Positions 12,361 to 21,533 are shown, numbered from the stretch's first letter. The stretch is DNA of 64,000 nucleotides from Bryobacterales bacterium (GCA_965208945.1 OZ242366.1:1619827-1683826), one strand, 5' to 3'. Program-made: numbers and translations. The notes: generated by a model not told the origin, from the sequence alone.

Positions 12361-14937
12361 ATGTCTAGACTGATTCCTTGGACGCTACAATGCAGCTTGC
12401 TTCGCCGCTACCGTTTGCTGTCTTGCTCCTGCGTCCGCACGATCCTGGCCGCGTTCTTTGTCTGCTTGTTGGTCCTTCCGGTCCTGGCCGGCCCGTCACG
12501 ACCCTGGCAAGGTGCTTCGGAACTGCGTGAGCTTCTCGATCGGCTGAACACGCTCGGCAGCATTCTCATCCTCGGCGCACACCCCGACGACGAGCGGGAA
12601 ACGATGATCGCCTACTTCGCCCGCGGACGGAACTTGCGGACGGCGTACCTCTCGGCGACCCGTGGCGAAGGAGGGCAGAACCTGATTGGCCCGGAACAAG
12701 CCGAGTTGCTGGGGATCATCCGAACGCAGGAACTGCTTGCCGCCCGCCGGCTCGATGGAGGTGAGCAGTTCTTTACTCGTGCGATTGACTTCGGCTACAG
12801 CAAATCACCCCAGGAAACGCTCTCTTTTTGGAGTAAGGAGCAGGTTCTCGGCGACATGGTCCGGGTGATTCGCCGATTTCGACCGGATGTCATTCTGTCG
12901 CGGTTCTCGCCCAACGCGAGCAGCGGGCACGGCCACCACACGGCGATCGGCCACTTGGCCCGTGAGGCGTACGAGGCCTCGGCTTCTCCGGAACGCTTTC
13001 CAGAGCAGATCGAGCAGGGTTTGCAACCCTGGCAGGCGACACGCCTCTATTGGAGCCCGCCACTGTTCACGCGCTCACAGGAGGAAGCGCAGGCCATGCG
13101 GGCGGACCGTATTCGAATCAATACGGGCGAGTACGACCCGGAGTTGGGAGCCTCGTACGCAGAGATCGGTGGCGTCGCCAGGAGCATGCATCGCAGCCAG
13201 GGTATGGGGACCCGGCAGCGCAAGGGGGACGCACCGGCGTTCTTCGGATATGTGGCAGGTGAGAAGGCCCAACGCGATCTCTTCGAGCAGATCAACACGA
13301 CTTGGGATCGGGTGCCGGGCGCGGAGCGCATGAAGATTCTTCTGGCGAAGGTGCTCGCATCCAACAGGACCGGGAACCGGGATGCCGTGATCGAGGGTCT
13401 TTTCCGGACGTACCAAGCCGTCAAGGCTTTGGACGGCCCGTGGGCGCGTCTTAAAGAGCAGGAGATGGTTCGTGCGATCGAGCTAGCGAGCGGCCTTTGG
13501 ATCGATGCTGCGGCGGAGCGCTGGGATGTCACGCCCGGCTCAGAAGTCGAGTTGACTCTTTCGGCCATGAATCGATCGAGTGCATGGCTGTACTGGGAAG
13601 ACGCCGAGGTTGCAGGGACGGTCACGAGGAATGTGCCCATTGAGGCGCGCCATCTCCGGTCCAACGAGGTGGTGCAGCAAACGGTCCGCATCTCGATTCC
13701 GGAAGAAGCGGAGTATTCTCAGCCGTCCTGGCTGCGGCGGCCGGTCACCGGCAACTCTTATCAGATAGACGATCCCGGCATGATCGGCCAAGCCGAGTCG
13801 CAGCCCCCGCTGAGCGTTTTGTTTCATCTCAAGGGGCCGGACGGTGTGAAGTTCACTGTCAGGCGAGCCGTCATTTTTCGTTGGATCGAGCCGACGGAGG
13901 GTGAGCGCACTCGCCGCGTTGAAGTAGTGCCGCCCGTCGCCGTAAGCCTTGACAACAGCAGTCGAATTTTCCCCGACGCGCAACCCCGTACTGTTGCAGT
14001 CGATTTGGATAGCCATACAGACAACGCAGAGGGCTCCGTCTCGCTGTCCGTTCCCGCAGGTTGGATAGCCAAGCCGGCGTCGCTGCCGTATCGACTCGAG
14101 CGGCGTGGCATGCGGACGACTCTCGTGTTTGACTTGCATCCTCCGAAGAAGTCCATGGGAGGCGCCGTAGTCGCGAACGTGAAGCTGGGAGATCGAACCA
14201 TCAACCACGGTGTTCGCGAGATCAAGTATCCGCATATTCCGCTGCAGGTCGTCTTTCCGCGTGCAGAGATGCGCGTCGAACGAGTCGACCTCAAACTGCT
14301 TGCGAAGAACATCGGGTACGTGATGGGATCGGGCGACCGGATACCCGAAGCGCTCGAGCAACTTGAAGCGGAAGTGACGTTGTTGTCCGATGAAGACGTG
14401 ACGTCCGGGGAGCTAAGTTCCTTCGACACGATAGTTCTGGGAATCAGAGCGTTGCGTACGCGTCCGGGAGTATTGGCGGCCAAGGAACGACTTCTGGGCT
14501 ACATCGAGAACGGCGGTACGCTCATCGTGCAGTACGAAACGCTGTCCCGGCGTGGAGCACCGCTACTGTTGGCTCCGTTTCCTCTCACGCCCTCGCGCGA
14601 ACGGGTCAGCGACGAACGGGCGCCGGTGCGTCTGTTACATCCGCGGCATATTCTGTTGCAGCAACCCAATGCCATTACCGAGAAGGACTTCAAGGATTGG
14701 GTTCAGGAGCGGGGGCTCTATTTCATGACGAAGTGGGACGCGCGGTACGACGCCCTTCTCGCATCGAACGATCCGGGCGAACCGCCGCGTAGGGGCGGCT
14801 TGCTGTACGCGCGCTACGGCAAGGGCGTTTACATCTACACCGGCTATTCGTGGTTCCGGCAGTTGCCGGCGGGCGTGCCGGGGGCTTATCGCATCTTCGC
14901 GAACCTGCTTAGCGCTGGAGCGGCAGCGAACAAATAA
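12361..14937 (+). CDS. PIG-L/LmbE-family deacetylase fused to a large C-terminal region
   Basis: LILGAHPDDE ... HGHH motifs of the LmbE/PIG-L family in the N-terminal ~230 aa, followed by ~600 aa of beta-rich sequence. The region ending TIVLGIRAL...GGTLIVQYE resembles a class-I glutamine-amidotransferase-like fold. Confidence 0.85.
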   Translation: MSRLIPWTLQCSLLRRYRLLSCSCVRTILAAFFVCLLVLPVLAGPSRPWQGASELRELLDRLNTLGSILILGAHPDDERETMIAYFARGRNLRTAYLSATRGEGGQNLIGPEQAELLGIIRTQELLAARRLDGGEQFFTRAIDFGYSKSPQETLSFWSKEQVLGDMVRVIRRFRPDVILSRFSPNASSGHGHHTAIGHLAREAYEASASPERFPEQIEQGLQPWQATRLYWSPPLFTRSQEEAQAMRADRIRINTGEYDPELGASYAEIGGVARSMHRSQGMGTRQRKGDAPAFFGYVAGEKAQRDLFEQINTTWDRVPGAERMKILLAKVLASNRTGNRDAVIEGLFRTYQAVKALDGPWARLKEQEMVRAIELASGLWIDAAAERWDVTPGSEVELTLSAMNRSSAWLYWEDAEVAGTVTRNVPIEARHLRSNEVVQQTVRISIPEEAEYSQPSWLRRPVTGNSYQIDDPGMIGQAESQPPLSVLFHLKGPDGVKFTVRRAVIFRWIEPTEGERTRRVEVVPPVAVSLDNSSRIFPDAQPRTVAVDLDSHTDNAEGSVSLSVPAGWIAKPASLPYRLERRGMRTTLVFDLHPPKKSMGGAVVANVKLGDRTINHGVREIKYPHIPLQVVFPRAEMRVERVDLKLLAKNIGYVMGSGDRIPEALEQLEAEVTLLSDEDVTSGELSSFDTIVLGIRALRTRPGVLAAKERLLGYIENGGTLIVQYETLSRRGAPLLLAPFPLTPSRERVSDERAPVRLLHPRHILLQQPNAITEKDFKDWVQERGLYFMTKWDARYDALLASNDPGEPPRRGGLLYARYGKGVYIYTGYSWFRQLPAGVPGAYRIFANLLSAGAAANK

Positions 14938-15036
14938 CCGGCCCGGTGTACGCCGCTCTCAAGGGAGCGAAAGCGCGCTCAACTGAGAAGGGTTTGCTTT
15001 CCTGGCGAGCTTTGCGCCCTTGTGGGAGAGCGGGTC

Positions 15037-15615
15037 TCAGCCTTCGCGCACCATTTGTTCGAGCGCGACCCGGGGACATATGTTCTGGTGGATGTAGTCG
15101 TTCAGGTTGCGCGCGAGGCCGCGAAGACGTTTTTCGACTGCAGGATCGACGCAGTTGCCTTCTGCGTCGAAGACCTTATGCACCCTCGCGACGGAAACGG
15201 ATCCCGGTAGAACGATCGCCCCGATGTGTGAGCAAACGCTGCGCAAGTGTTCCAACGACTTGACGGCGCCGATGGCTCCGGCAGCGACCCCGAGCAGGGC
15301 TACGGGTTTGCCGCTGAGCATCGACGGGTACCCCAGATGCTCGATGAGCAGCTTGATGACGCTGCTGTAGGAGCCGTGGTATTCGGGCGTCGAGAGAATG
15401 ACACCGGTGGCGGCAGTGACCTTCTCTTGCAGTATCTTGACCAATTCGGGGTCCTGGGTGCCCGGTGTACGCAGGTCAAGGTCGGTGGGGTCGATGACAT
15501 CGACCGCAATGCCGCTGTCCTGAAGAAGTTCGTCCACTGTGACGGCCAATGCATTGGCCGTGGCGTTGCCCGGGCGGCGGCTGCCGATCATTGCAACGAT
15601 TTGGAGTTTCGCCAT
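15037..15615 (-). CDS. NADPH-dependent FMN reductase family protein
   Basis: MAKLQIVAMIGSRRPGNATANAL ... TPEYHGSYS, the flavodoxin-like FMN reductase signature. Confidence 0.85.
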   Translation of the reverse strand: MAKLQIVAMIGSRRPGNATANALAVTVDELLQDSGIAVDVIDPTDLDLRTPGTQDPELVKILQEKVTAATGVILSTPEYHGSYSSVIKLLIEHLGYPSMLSGKPVALLGVAAGAIGAVKSLEHLRSVCSHIGAIVLPGSVSVARVHKVFDAEGNCVDPAVEKRLRGLARNLNDYIHQNICPRVALEQMVREG

Positions 15616-15629
15616 GTCTGTCTCTCGTC

Positions 15630-15988
15630 TTAGCGTCGAGGCGGAGGGAAAAGCACGCGACGAGCCTCTACCCTCAATCCCTCCTGTAAACCATCCGGCA
15701 GCAACTGTCTGCCCAGAGCGCTCAACTCGATTTCAGCGATATTGAGCCAGCTTCCGTGCTTGGGAGTGTAGTGGATTTTGGGGCGTCCGGCCAGCGTCTG
15801 GACATACTCCGGCAGTTAGGCGGCGTGCAATGACTCGATCCCACGTGTATTGAGATTCTCCAGCAGGAGCACGAAGCACCCCTCCTGCGGGTAGCGTTCC
15901 ATGAGTGTGACACAGATCGATCGAGCCTGGTTCTGGCGAGTGCGGCGTTTGCTCACCTCGATGTTACGCGCCGTAACACCGGGCGCCA
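15630..15988 (-). pseudogene. IS630-family transposase remnant (C-terminal part, in-frame TAA, 5' side cut by R1)
   Basis: The minus-strand translation is ...FVLLLENLNTRGIESLHAA*LPEYVQTLAGRPKIHYTPKHGSWLNIAEIELSAL.... The block HYTPKHGSWLN..E parallels HFTPTYASWLNQVE of the intact IS630 transposase at 49866-50954. The reading frame is interrupted by a stop and abuts the R1 copy at 15989. Confidence 0.75.
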
Positions 15989-16173
15989 CTAGCCTGCATT
16001 TCTCACCACGAAGTGAGGTGAAGTGCGTGAGAGGGCCGTCAGGACGAGCCGCGAGCCGCTTGGCGCGCGCAGGCGTACTTGAACCGTACGTTGAGCACGG
16101 CAAGCAAGCGCAACGAAGTCCTGGCGGCCGTATGGCGCGCTTCGGCCGTCGGGTGATGAGAAATGCAGGCTAA
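15989..16173 (+). repeat. R1 hairpin element, complete (~185 bp)
   Basis: Termini are ctagcctgcatttctcaccac ... gtgatgagaaatgcaggcta. The internal sequence is nearly identical to 40136-40320. Confidence 0.9.
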
Positions 16174-16231
16174 GGTTTTTCACGAGTCACGAATCACGGC
16201 TTTTTCCGTGGCTCGTTTGGTGCATGTGGGT

Positions 16232-16256
16232 ACTGAAGCCCTTCAGTCTTGTTTTT
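16232..16256 (+). terminator. terminator-like hairpin plus T-rich tail (copy 1)
   Basis: actgaag-cc-cttcagt followed by cttgttttt. The stem is short, so this is weak. Confidence 0.25.
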
Positions 16257-16469
16257 GCCGCCCCGGCCTGCTAGGCATGAGGACAGGGAGGCGGCCAGGC
16301 GCAGTCCGTGCGGGTCGCGAATCAAGGCGTTCACTAGCCGCAAGTCACTGATTTTAAGGTTTTTACAAGATACGAAGCACGGCTTTTGTTCACGAGTCAC
16401 GAAACACGAATCACGGCTTTTATGTTTTCACGAAACACGAATCACGTGGCTCGAACGATACATGTGGGT

Positions 16470-16493
16470 ACTGAAGCCCTTCAGTCTTTTTTT
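16470..16493 (+). terminator. terminator-like hairpin plus T7 run (copy 2)
   Basis: actgaag-cc-cttcagt followed by c-ttttttt. Confidence 0.3.
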
Positions 16494-16955
16494 GCCGCCC
16501 CGGACGGCGTAGCATGAGGACAGCGAGTCGGGAATCCTGGCCCTCGCGAAGAAAAAAGCGGGCAAAATCGAGGAGGTGAGAGTACGCGCATGCGTCCGCG
16601 GCGAAGTTTGTCCTTCGTGGCGCCGGCCACCCCGGCCGACAGCACAAGCTGCAAGCCGCCCGCGCCGGCAACACGGCCTTTCAGGTTTTTCACGAATCAC
16701 GAGTCACGCAACACGAATCACGGCCTTTATGCTTTTCTCGCTGCTTTCCTGCGCGTTGCGGCGCGGCATGGGGCGGCTATGGGGCGCGGCATGGGCAGGG
16801 CCGCCGTCCCCCGCACCGGCAACACGGCCTGTTAGTTTTCACGAATCATGCAACACCGCATTTATCGCCGTTCGGCTCGCCGTGGGTGCGAAGGGGTCGC
16901 ACAACCGAAAACCGCCGTCCGGACCGCCGTGCCCGCCGCCAGGTCACGGCTTCCC

Positions 16956-16995
16956 TGTTCACGATTGTTCGCCATTGTTCGCTATTGTTCACTAT
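16956..16995 (+). repeat. four tandem 10-bp repeats TGTTCRCNAT followed by a T-run
   Basis: tgttcacgat tgttcgccat tgttcgctat tgttcactat, then tttttt. Confidence 0.7.
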
Positions 16996-17138
16996 TTTTT
17001 TATGGAGGGGATCCTGAACAAGTGTCCGCGCACCGTCCGCCGTTCTTGGTCAGCCTCGCGGCGAGTGCCGTTCTCCGCAGCTCCCGCCGCTCTCCCTCGA
17101 TTGCACAGACATGGGAACGTTTTCTGTTGCTTTGGCAG

Positions 17139-17344
17139 CTAGCCTGCATTTCTCACCACGCGGCGAGGCGAAGTGCATGAGAGGGCCGTCAGGACGAGGC
17201 GCGAGTCGGGCGGAGGAAAAAGGCGCGCGCAGTCGTACTTGAACCGTACGTTGAGCACGGCAAGCCAGCGTTGCGAAGGAAAAGCGAAGTCCTGGCGGTC
17301 GTATCGTGTGCTTCGGACGTCGGGTGGTGAGAAATGCAGGCTAG
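17139..17344 (+). repeat. R1 hairpin element, complete (206-bp variant with cgggcggaggaaaaagg insert)
   Basis: ctagcctgcatttctcaccacg ... gggtggtgagaaatgcaggctag. Ends 16 nt before the start of the next gene. Confidence 0.9.
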
Positions 17345-17359
17345 AATCGATACTTCTCT

Positions 17360-18886
17360 ATGGCGAGGGCCTTTCTTCTGGTGGTGTACGCCTTGAGCGC
17401 ACTGGCTCTGACGTACTCGGCGTGGACGAGCATCACGAGGTATCAGAGCCCATACGGCAACGTACGAGGCGGTCTACCGGGGGGTGAGCCGATCGTGGAA
17501 CGGGTCGTTCTGATCGTGTTGGATGGCATCCGGCTCGACGTTTCGAAAGAAATGCACGAGCTACAGGCGTTGGCCGAACGCGGGTCTGCGGGAACGACGC
17601 GCTCCGCGCAACCGTCGCTCTCCAATCCCAACCGAGCGGTGTTCGTGACCGGGGCGTGGCCAGAAGTGAATGGCGTTACGAACAATAGCTTCTTCCACCC
17701 GCCGCCTATCGACTCGCTTTTCTCTCTCGCCGCGGAGGCGGGTCTGCCGCGAGCCGCCGCCGGGTCGCCCTTCTGGGAGCGCGCCTTTGGTGAATATCTG
17801 GAAGGGAACCTTCTCTTCCAGAAGAAATACTCCCCGCGAGCCGCCGACACGAAAGCCATCGCTGAATGGCAGTCTGACCAGTGCCGTGAAGCTGAGCGGT
17901 TCCTTGCGTCGCGCTCCACGGGCTTGCTCGTCGCCGACATCACAGCCGCTGACGTAGTGGGCCATGATTTCGGTGGCGAATCGGAAGCTTATCGAGAAGT
18001 TGCGCAAGAGGTTGATCACTGTCTTGGCTTGCTCGTGACCGCTCTGGACAATGGACGCACGGCCTTCGCAATCGTCTCCGATCACGGCCACATCGATCGT
18101 CGTGGCGGTGGGGGCCATGGTGGTTCCGAACGGGAAGTCGTTGAGGTGCCCTTGGTCTTCACCGGGCAGGGAATTCGCCAAGCCCGTGGTTGGCAGGCGA
18201 ATGTGGTTGATATCGCACCGACGCTCTGCGTCCTGCTCGGTTTGCCGCTGCCCGCGACGAGTCAAGGAGACGTTCTGTGGCACAGCTTGGCTCTCACCGG
18301 TGATCAATCCGGGCGCTCGAAAATGCGCGCCGACGAGCAGCGAGGCCGCCTTGAAGGGATCCTCAAGGCTGAGCACCTGCGGAGCGCAGCCGGTAGCGGG
18401 CGAGTTTTGTCCTCGGTGACGGCGATCATCCTGGGACTTGCCTGCCTCGGCTGGCTGCTCTTCCGCAGCCGCAGTCCTCTTGTTCTGCTCGCCGGGGCCG
18501 CTGCCTACTTCCTTGCGTATCGGTTCTTGTTCATGGCGCTCGGGCTAGGCTACTCGCTCAGCACAATTAATACTGAAGAGCGGCTCTTTCTCTTTTTTGG
18601 GAAGAATATCCTGTCCGCTGCGCTCGGACTGACCGCGCCTTGGGGCCTGCTGCGCCTTCGGCTCCCGACTGTCAGCCGCGAGGACATGTTTGAAGTCGGC
18701 TGCTTTGTCATGAGCGTGATTACCCTCCAGGTGGCTTGGATTCACTATTCATCGGGCCTCTTCATGGACCATGTTCTTCCTGATATCGACCTCAATCTGA
18801 GGGCCGCCTTGGACCTGATGCAGATGGGATCCGTGGGCGTTATGACAGCGGCGGTGGTTGTGCTGCTGCCCCACGGCAAGAGATAG
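17360..18886 (+). CDS. alkaline phosphatase / type I phosphodiesterase-nucleotide pyrophosphatase family membrane protein
   Basis: N-terminal TM segment, then VLIVLDGIRLD and VSDHGH metal-site motifs of the AP superfamily, then a C-terminal polytopic membrane region. Confidence 0.8.
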   Translation: MARAFLLVVYALSALALTYSAWTSITRYQSPYGNVRGGLPGGEPIVERVVLIVLDGIRLDVSKEMHELQALAERGSAGTTRSAQPSLSNPNRAVFVTGAWPEVNGVTNNSFFHPPPIDSLFSLAAEAGLPRAAAGSPFWERAFGEYLEGNLLFQKKYSPRAADTKAIAEWQSDQCREAERFLASRSTGLLVADITAADVVGHDFGGESEAYREVAQEVDHCLGLLVTALDNGRTAFAIVSDHGHIDRRGGGGHGGSEREVVEVPLVFTGQGIRQARGWQANVVDIAPTLCVLLGLPLPATSQGDVLWHSLALTGDQSGRSKMRADEQRGRLEGILKAEHLRSAAGSGRVLSSVTAIILGLACLGWLLFRSRSPLVLLAGAAAYFLAYRFLFMALGLGYSLSTINTEERLFLFFGKNILSAALGLTAPWGLLRLRLPTVSREDMFEVGCFVMSVITLQVAWIHYSSGLFMDHVLPDIDLNLRAALDLMQMGSVGVMTAAVVVLLPHGKR

Positions 18887-18954
18887 TGTGAGGCTGCGTG
18901 CTCTCAACGGAAGATCTGACATCCTGGTGATTCGGACTCAGTCTGCCAACAACC

Positions 18955-20355
18955 TTGGGCCAACTCGATCTCAGTCTTGAACCTCGTCGGCGGATCTATT
19001 CCGTCACAGAATTGACCGCCGGCATTCGTGATCTGCTCGAAGCAGAGTTCGGCGACATCTGGGTCGCCGGCGAGATCTCGAATGCACGCGCCGCCCACAG
19101 CGGACATCACTACTTCACTCTCAAGGACGGCGCAGCGCAGCTCAGGTCGGTCTGCTTTCGGCAGCACGCACTGTATCTCAAGATCAAACCTCAGAACGGT
19201 TTGGAAGTCATCGCCCGGGGACGCATCGGCGTCTACGAGGCACGTGGTGAGTACCAGCTTTATGTCGAGCACCTCGAACTGCGAGGCTATGGAGCTCTGC
19301 AACTGGCCTTCGAGCAACTCAAGAAGAAGCTCGCGGCCGAGGGGCTGTTTGACGAGGATCGAAAGCGACCGCTACCGAGCCTGCCCCGCCGCATCGGCAT
19401 CGTCACGTCTCCTTCGGGCGCTGCCATCGCCGACATGCTGCGCATTCTGGAGCGTCGCTTTGACGGGCTCCATATACAGCTTTATCCAGTGCAAGTGCAG
19501 GGCGAGGGAGCTGAGGAGCAGATCGCCAATGGAGTGCGCTACTTTAACCGCACACGATGCGCTGATGTAGTGATTGTCGGGCGCGGCGGCGGATCGCTCG
19601 AGGATCTGTGGGCGTTCAACGAAGAGGTAGTTGCGCGCTCCATCGCGGATAGTGAAATCCCGGTTGTCTCGGCCGTCGGCCACCAGACGGACTTCACGAT
19701 CGCGGACTTCGCCGCCGATGTTCGTGCACCGACTCCCTCGGCGGCCGCCGAGTTGGTGGTTCGCCGGAAGCAGGAGTTTCTCGAATTGGTCATCGCCCTG
19801 AAGGCCCGTCTGGCTCAGGCGGCGCGTTACAAACTGGCCACTGCGGGCCGCGATGTCCTCGACCGCCGGATGGAGCAGGCTACGGCCTTGGTGCGGCGAG
19901 AGCTTGCCTCGTCCTCGCAGAAAATGGATGAGCTGACGTTCGCGCTACGGGATTCCATTCTGCGCCGTGTGCGAGACGCGGAGCGGGTGTGGGAACGTCA
20001 CCGGGGCAGGCTCAAACAGCTCGATCTCAGGGTGCGGCTGGCGCGCGGCCAAGCGCGCCTGGATGGCGCCTCTGGGCGGCTTACGGCATTGGCCGTCTGG
20101 CGGCTCGAGCGCGCCGATACGCGCTTGCAGTTGCTGCGGAAAGAGCTGGCTCACCTCAGTCCGGTCGCGATTCTCGGACGTGGATACGCGATCGTTCAAG
20201 CAGAAGACGGCTCGATCGTCCGGGTCGCGGAGCAGACGGACGAAGGGTCGCGGTTGGGTGTGCGGCTTTATCGCGGCCGTCTCAGCGTATGTGTTGAGTT
20301 AGTCGAATCCCAAGACCGTAATTCCCCGCCGGGCAAAGCTGCAGGAACAGCGTGA
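18955..20355 (+). CDS. xseA: exodeoxyribonuclease VII large subunit
   Basis: SVTELTAGIRDLLEAEFGDIWVAGEISN...HHYFTLKD...GIVTSPSGAAI...RGGGSLEDLWAFN is typical XseA. TTG start. Confidence 0.92.
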   Translation: MGQLDLSLEPRRRIYSVTELTAGIRDLLEAEFGDIWVAGEISNARAAHSGHHYFTLKDGAAQLRSVCFRQHALYLKIKPQNGLEVIARGRIGVYEARGEYQLYVEHLELRGYGALQLAFEQLKKKLAAEGLFDEDRKRPLPSLPRRIGIVTSPSGAAIADMLRILERRFDGLHIQLYPVQVQGEGAEEQIANGVRYFNRTRCADVVIVGRGGGSLEDLWAFNEEVVARSIADSEIPVVSAVGHQTDFTIADFAADVRAPTPSAAAELVVRRKQEFLELVIALKARLAQAARYKLATAGRDVLDRRMEQATALVRRELASSSQKMDELTFALRDSILRRVRDAERVWERHRGRLKQLDLRVRLARGQARLDGASGRLTALAVWRLERADTRLQLLRKELAHLSPVAILGRGYAIVQAEDGSIVRVAEQTDEGSRLGVRLYRGRLSVCVELVESQDRNSPPGKAAGTA

Positions 20356-20427
20356 GGGATGGGTGTGTGCCCGAGGGCCACGCTCAGTGAAACGGTATAA
20401 TCGAGTTGAGCTCGCGGGGGATTTCTC

Positions 20428-20994
20428 ATGTTTTCAAGCACCAAGTTGCCGTTGTTGATCGTGCTGGCGGCGCTGCCGGGCTTTTTATCTTGCGTCCAGG
20501 ACGCCACAATGGGTGACGGCGTTATACAGGCGGCATCCGAGATCGAAGAGCGAAAACTGGCGCCCGACTTTACCTTGAAGGACGCGACAGGTCGAGACGT
20601 GACGCTCTCCGACTACCGGGGCAAAGTTGTGCTGCTCAATTTTTGGGCGACTTGGTGCGGGCCCTGCAAGATCGAGATGCCTTGGTTCGTTGCTTTCCAG
20701 CGCAAATACAAGGACCAGGGATTCACGGTGATTGCCGTGTCGCTCGATGAAGAGGGCTGGGACGTCGTCCGACCCTTTGTGGAAGAGTACGGGTTGAACT
20801 TCCCGGTCGTTGTGGGCACTGACGAGATGGCCAACGAATTCGGCGGCGTTGCCGCTTTGCCGACGACCTTCATCATCGACAATGAGGGTTGGATTACGAG
20901 TACGCATATGGGCCTTGTCGGACGGGGCGAATACGAGGAGGAAATAGAGGATTTGCTCTGCTCTCAGTCTGGAGTGTTCTGCGAGGACTCATAG
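20428..20994 (+). CDS. TlpA-family thiol:disulfide oxidoreductase (thioredoxin fold), lipoprotein/secreted
   Basis: Signal-like N-terminus, VLLNFWATWCGPC active site and the typical redoxin length. Confidence 0.88.
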   Translation: MFSSTKLPLLIVLAALPGFLSCVQDATMGDGVIQAASEIEERKLAPDFTLKDATGRDVTLSDYRGKVVLLNFWATWCGPCKIEMPWFVAFQRKYKDQGFTVIAVSLDEEGWDVVRPFVEEYGLNFPVVVGTDEMANEFGGVAALPTTFIIDNEGWITSTHMGLVGRGEYEEEIEDLLCSQSGVFCEDS

Positions 20995-21014
20995 GAGCGA
21001 ATGCGAGGGAGAAT

Positions 21015-21503
21015 TTGAGGCTCTTCTCAAGCCTGATTGCAGCCCTGCTGCTGCCGGGACTGGCCGGCGGAGTGTTGTCGGCTCAGAGCTTTTCGCGGGG
21101 CTTACGAGTCGCATCGATCGTCCCAGGACCGGCAGTGAAGCTGCAACCTGGCGAGACAACCGCGGTGCCGGTCACCGTCCGGATCCGGCCCGCCTATCAC
21201 ATCAACTCGAACGAGCCCGCAGATGAATACCTGATCCCCACGAAGCTGACCTGGGAACCCTCACTACTGGTATGGAAGAGGACGGACTACCCCGAAGCCG
21301 AGATCGTTAACTACTCTTTCTCCAAGAAGCCGCTTGCGGTGTACTCGAACAAAATCGTGATCTTGAGCCACTTCGCCGTACCCGAAAACGTGCCGCCGAC
21401 ACTGACCGAATTGAAGGGGGAGTTTCGTTACCAGGCCTGCAACAATCGAGCCTGCCTGCCTCCGAAAACTGTTGAGGTCAGCGTTCCGGTTTCGCCCCCC
21501 TAG
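21015..21503 (+). CDS. DsbD N-terminal (alpha) domain-like periplasmic protein
   Basis: Signal peptide LRLFSSLIAALLLPGLAGGVLSAQS. The C-terminal FRYQACNNRACLPP block is typical of the thiol:disulfide interchange protein DsbD alpha-domain family. TTG 21015 is preceded by gagggag; the ORF start at 20889 overlaps tlpA and was rejected. Confidence 0.68.
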   Translation: MRLFSSLIAALLLPGLAGGVLSAQSFSRGLRVASIVPGPAVKLQPGETTAVPVTVRIRPAYHINSNEPADEYLIPTKLTWEPSLLVWKRTDYPEAEIVNYSFSKKPLAVYSNKIVILSHFAVPENVPPTLTELKGEFRYQACNNRACLPPKTVEVSVPVSPP

Positions 21504-21533
21504 CCTGGCATGGAGGCGGTTTAGGGACGGGCG

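Larger units (their letters stand above)
16174..17138. repeat. gene-free repeat island (heptamer tracts, duplicated ~90-bp unit, 10-bp phased repeats)
   Basis: No credible ORF. There are several ggtttttcacga(N)cacgaatcacggc tracts. The unit catgtgggtactgaagcccttcagtct(t)ttttgccgccccgg occurs at about 16222 and 16461. Bounded by R1 copies on both sides. Confidence 0.7.

Noticed and set aside
16956-17005. The 10-bp repeats as DnaA boxes / oriC.
   Set aside because: They match the DnaA box consensus TTWTNCACA at only about 7 of 9 positions. No dnaA, dnaN or gidA context and no AT-rich unwinding element beyond a 6-7-nt T-run.
16174-17138. Possible CRISPR array, because of regularly recurring short repeats (heptamer tracts, R1 ends).
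   Set aside because: There is no constant 24-40-bp repeat alternating with unique spacers of fixed length. The repeats are tandem 7-mers or parts of larger dispersed elements. No cas genes are in the window.
16576-17142. 188-aa ORF inside the repeat island.
   Set aside because: Arg/Pro/Ala-rich low-complexity translation spanning repeat modules, with no RBS. It is an artefact of high GC.
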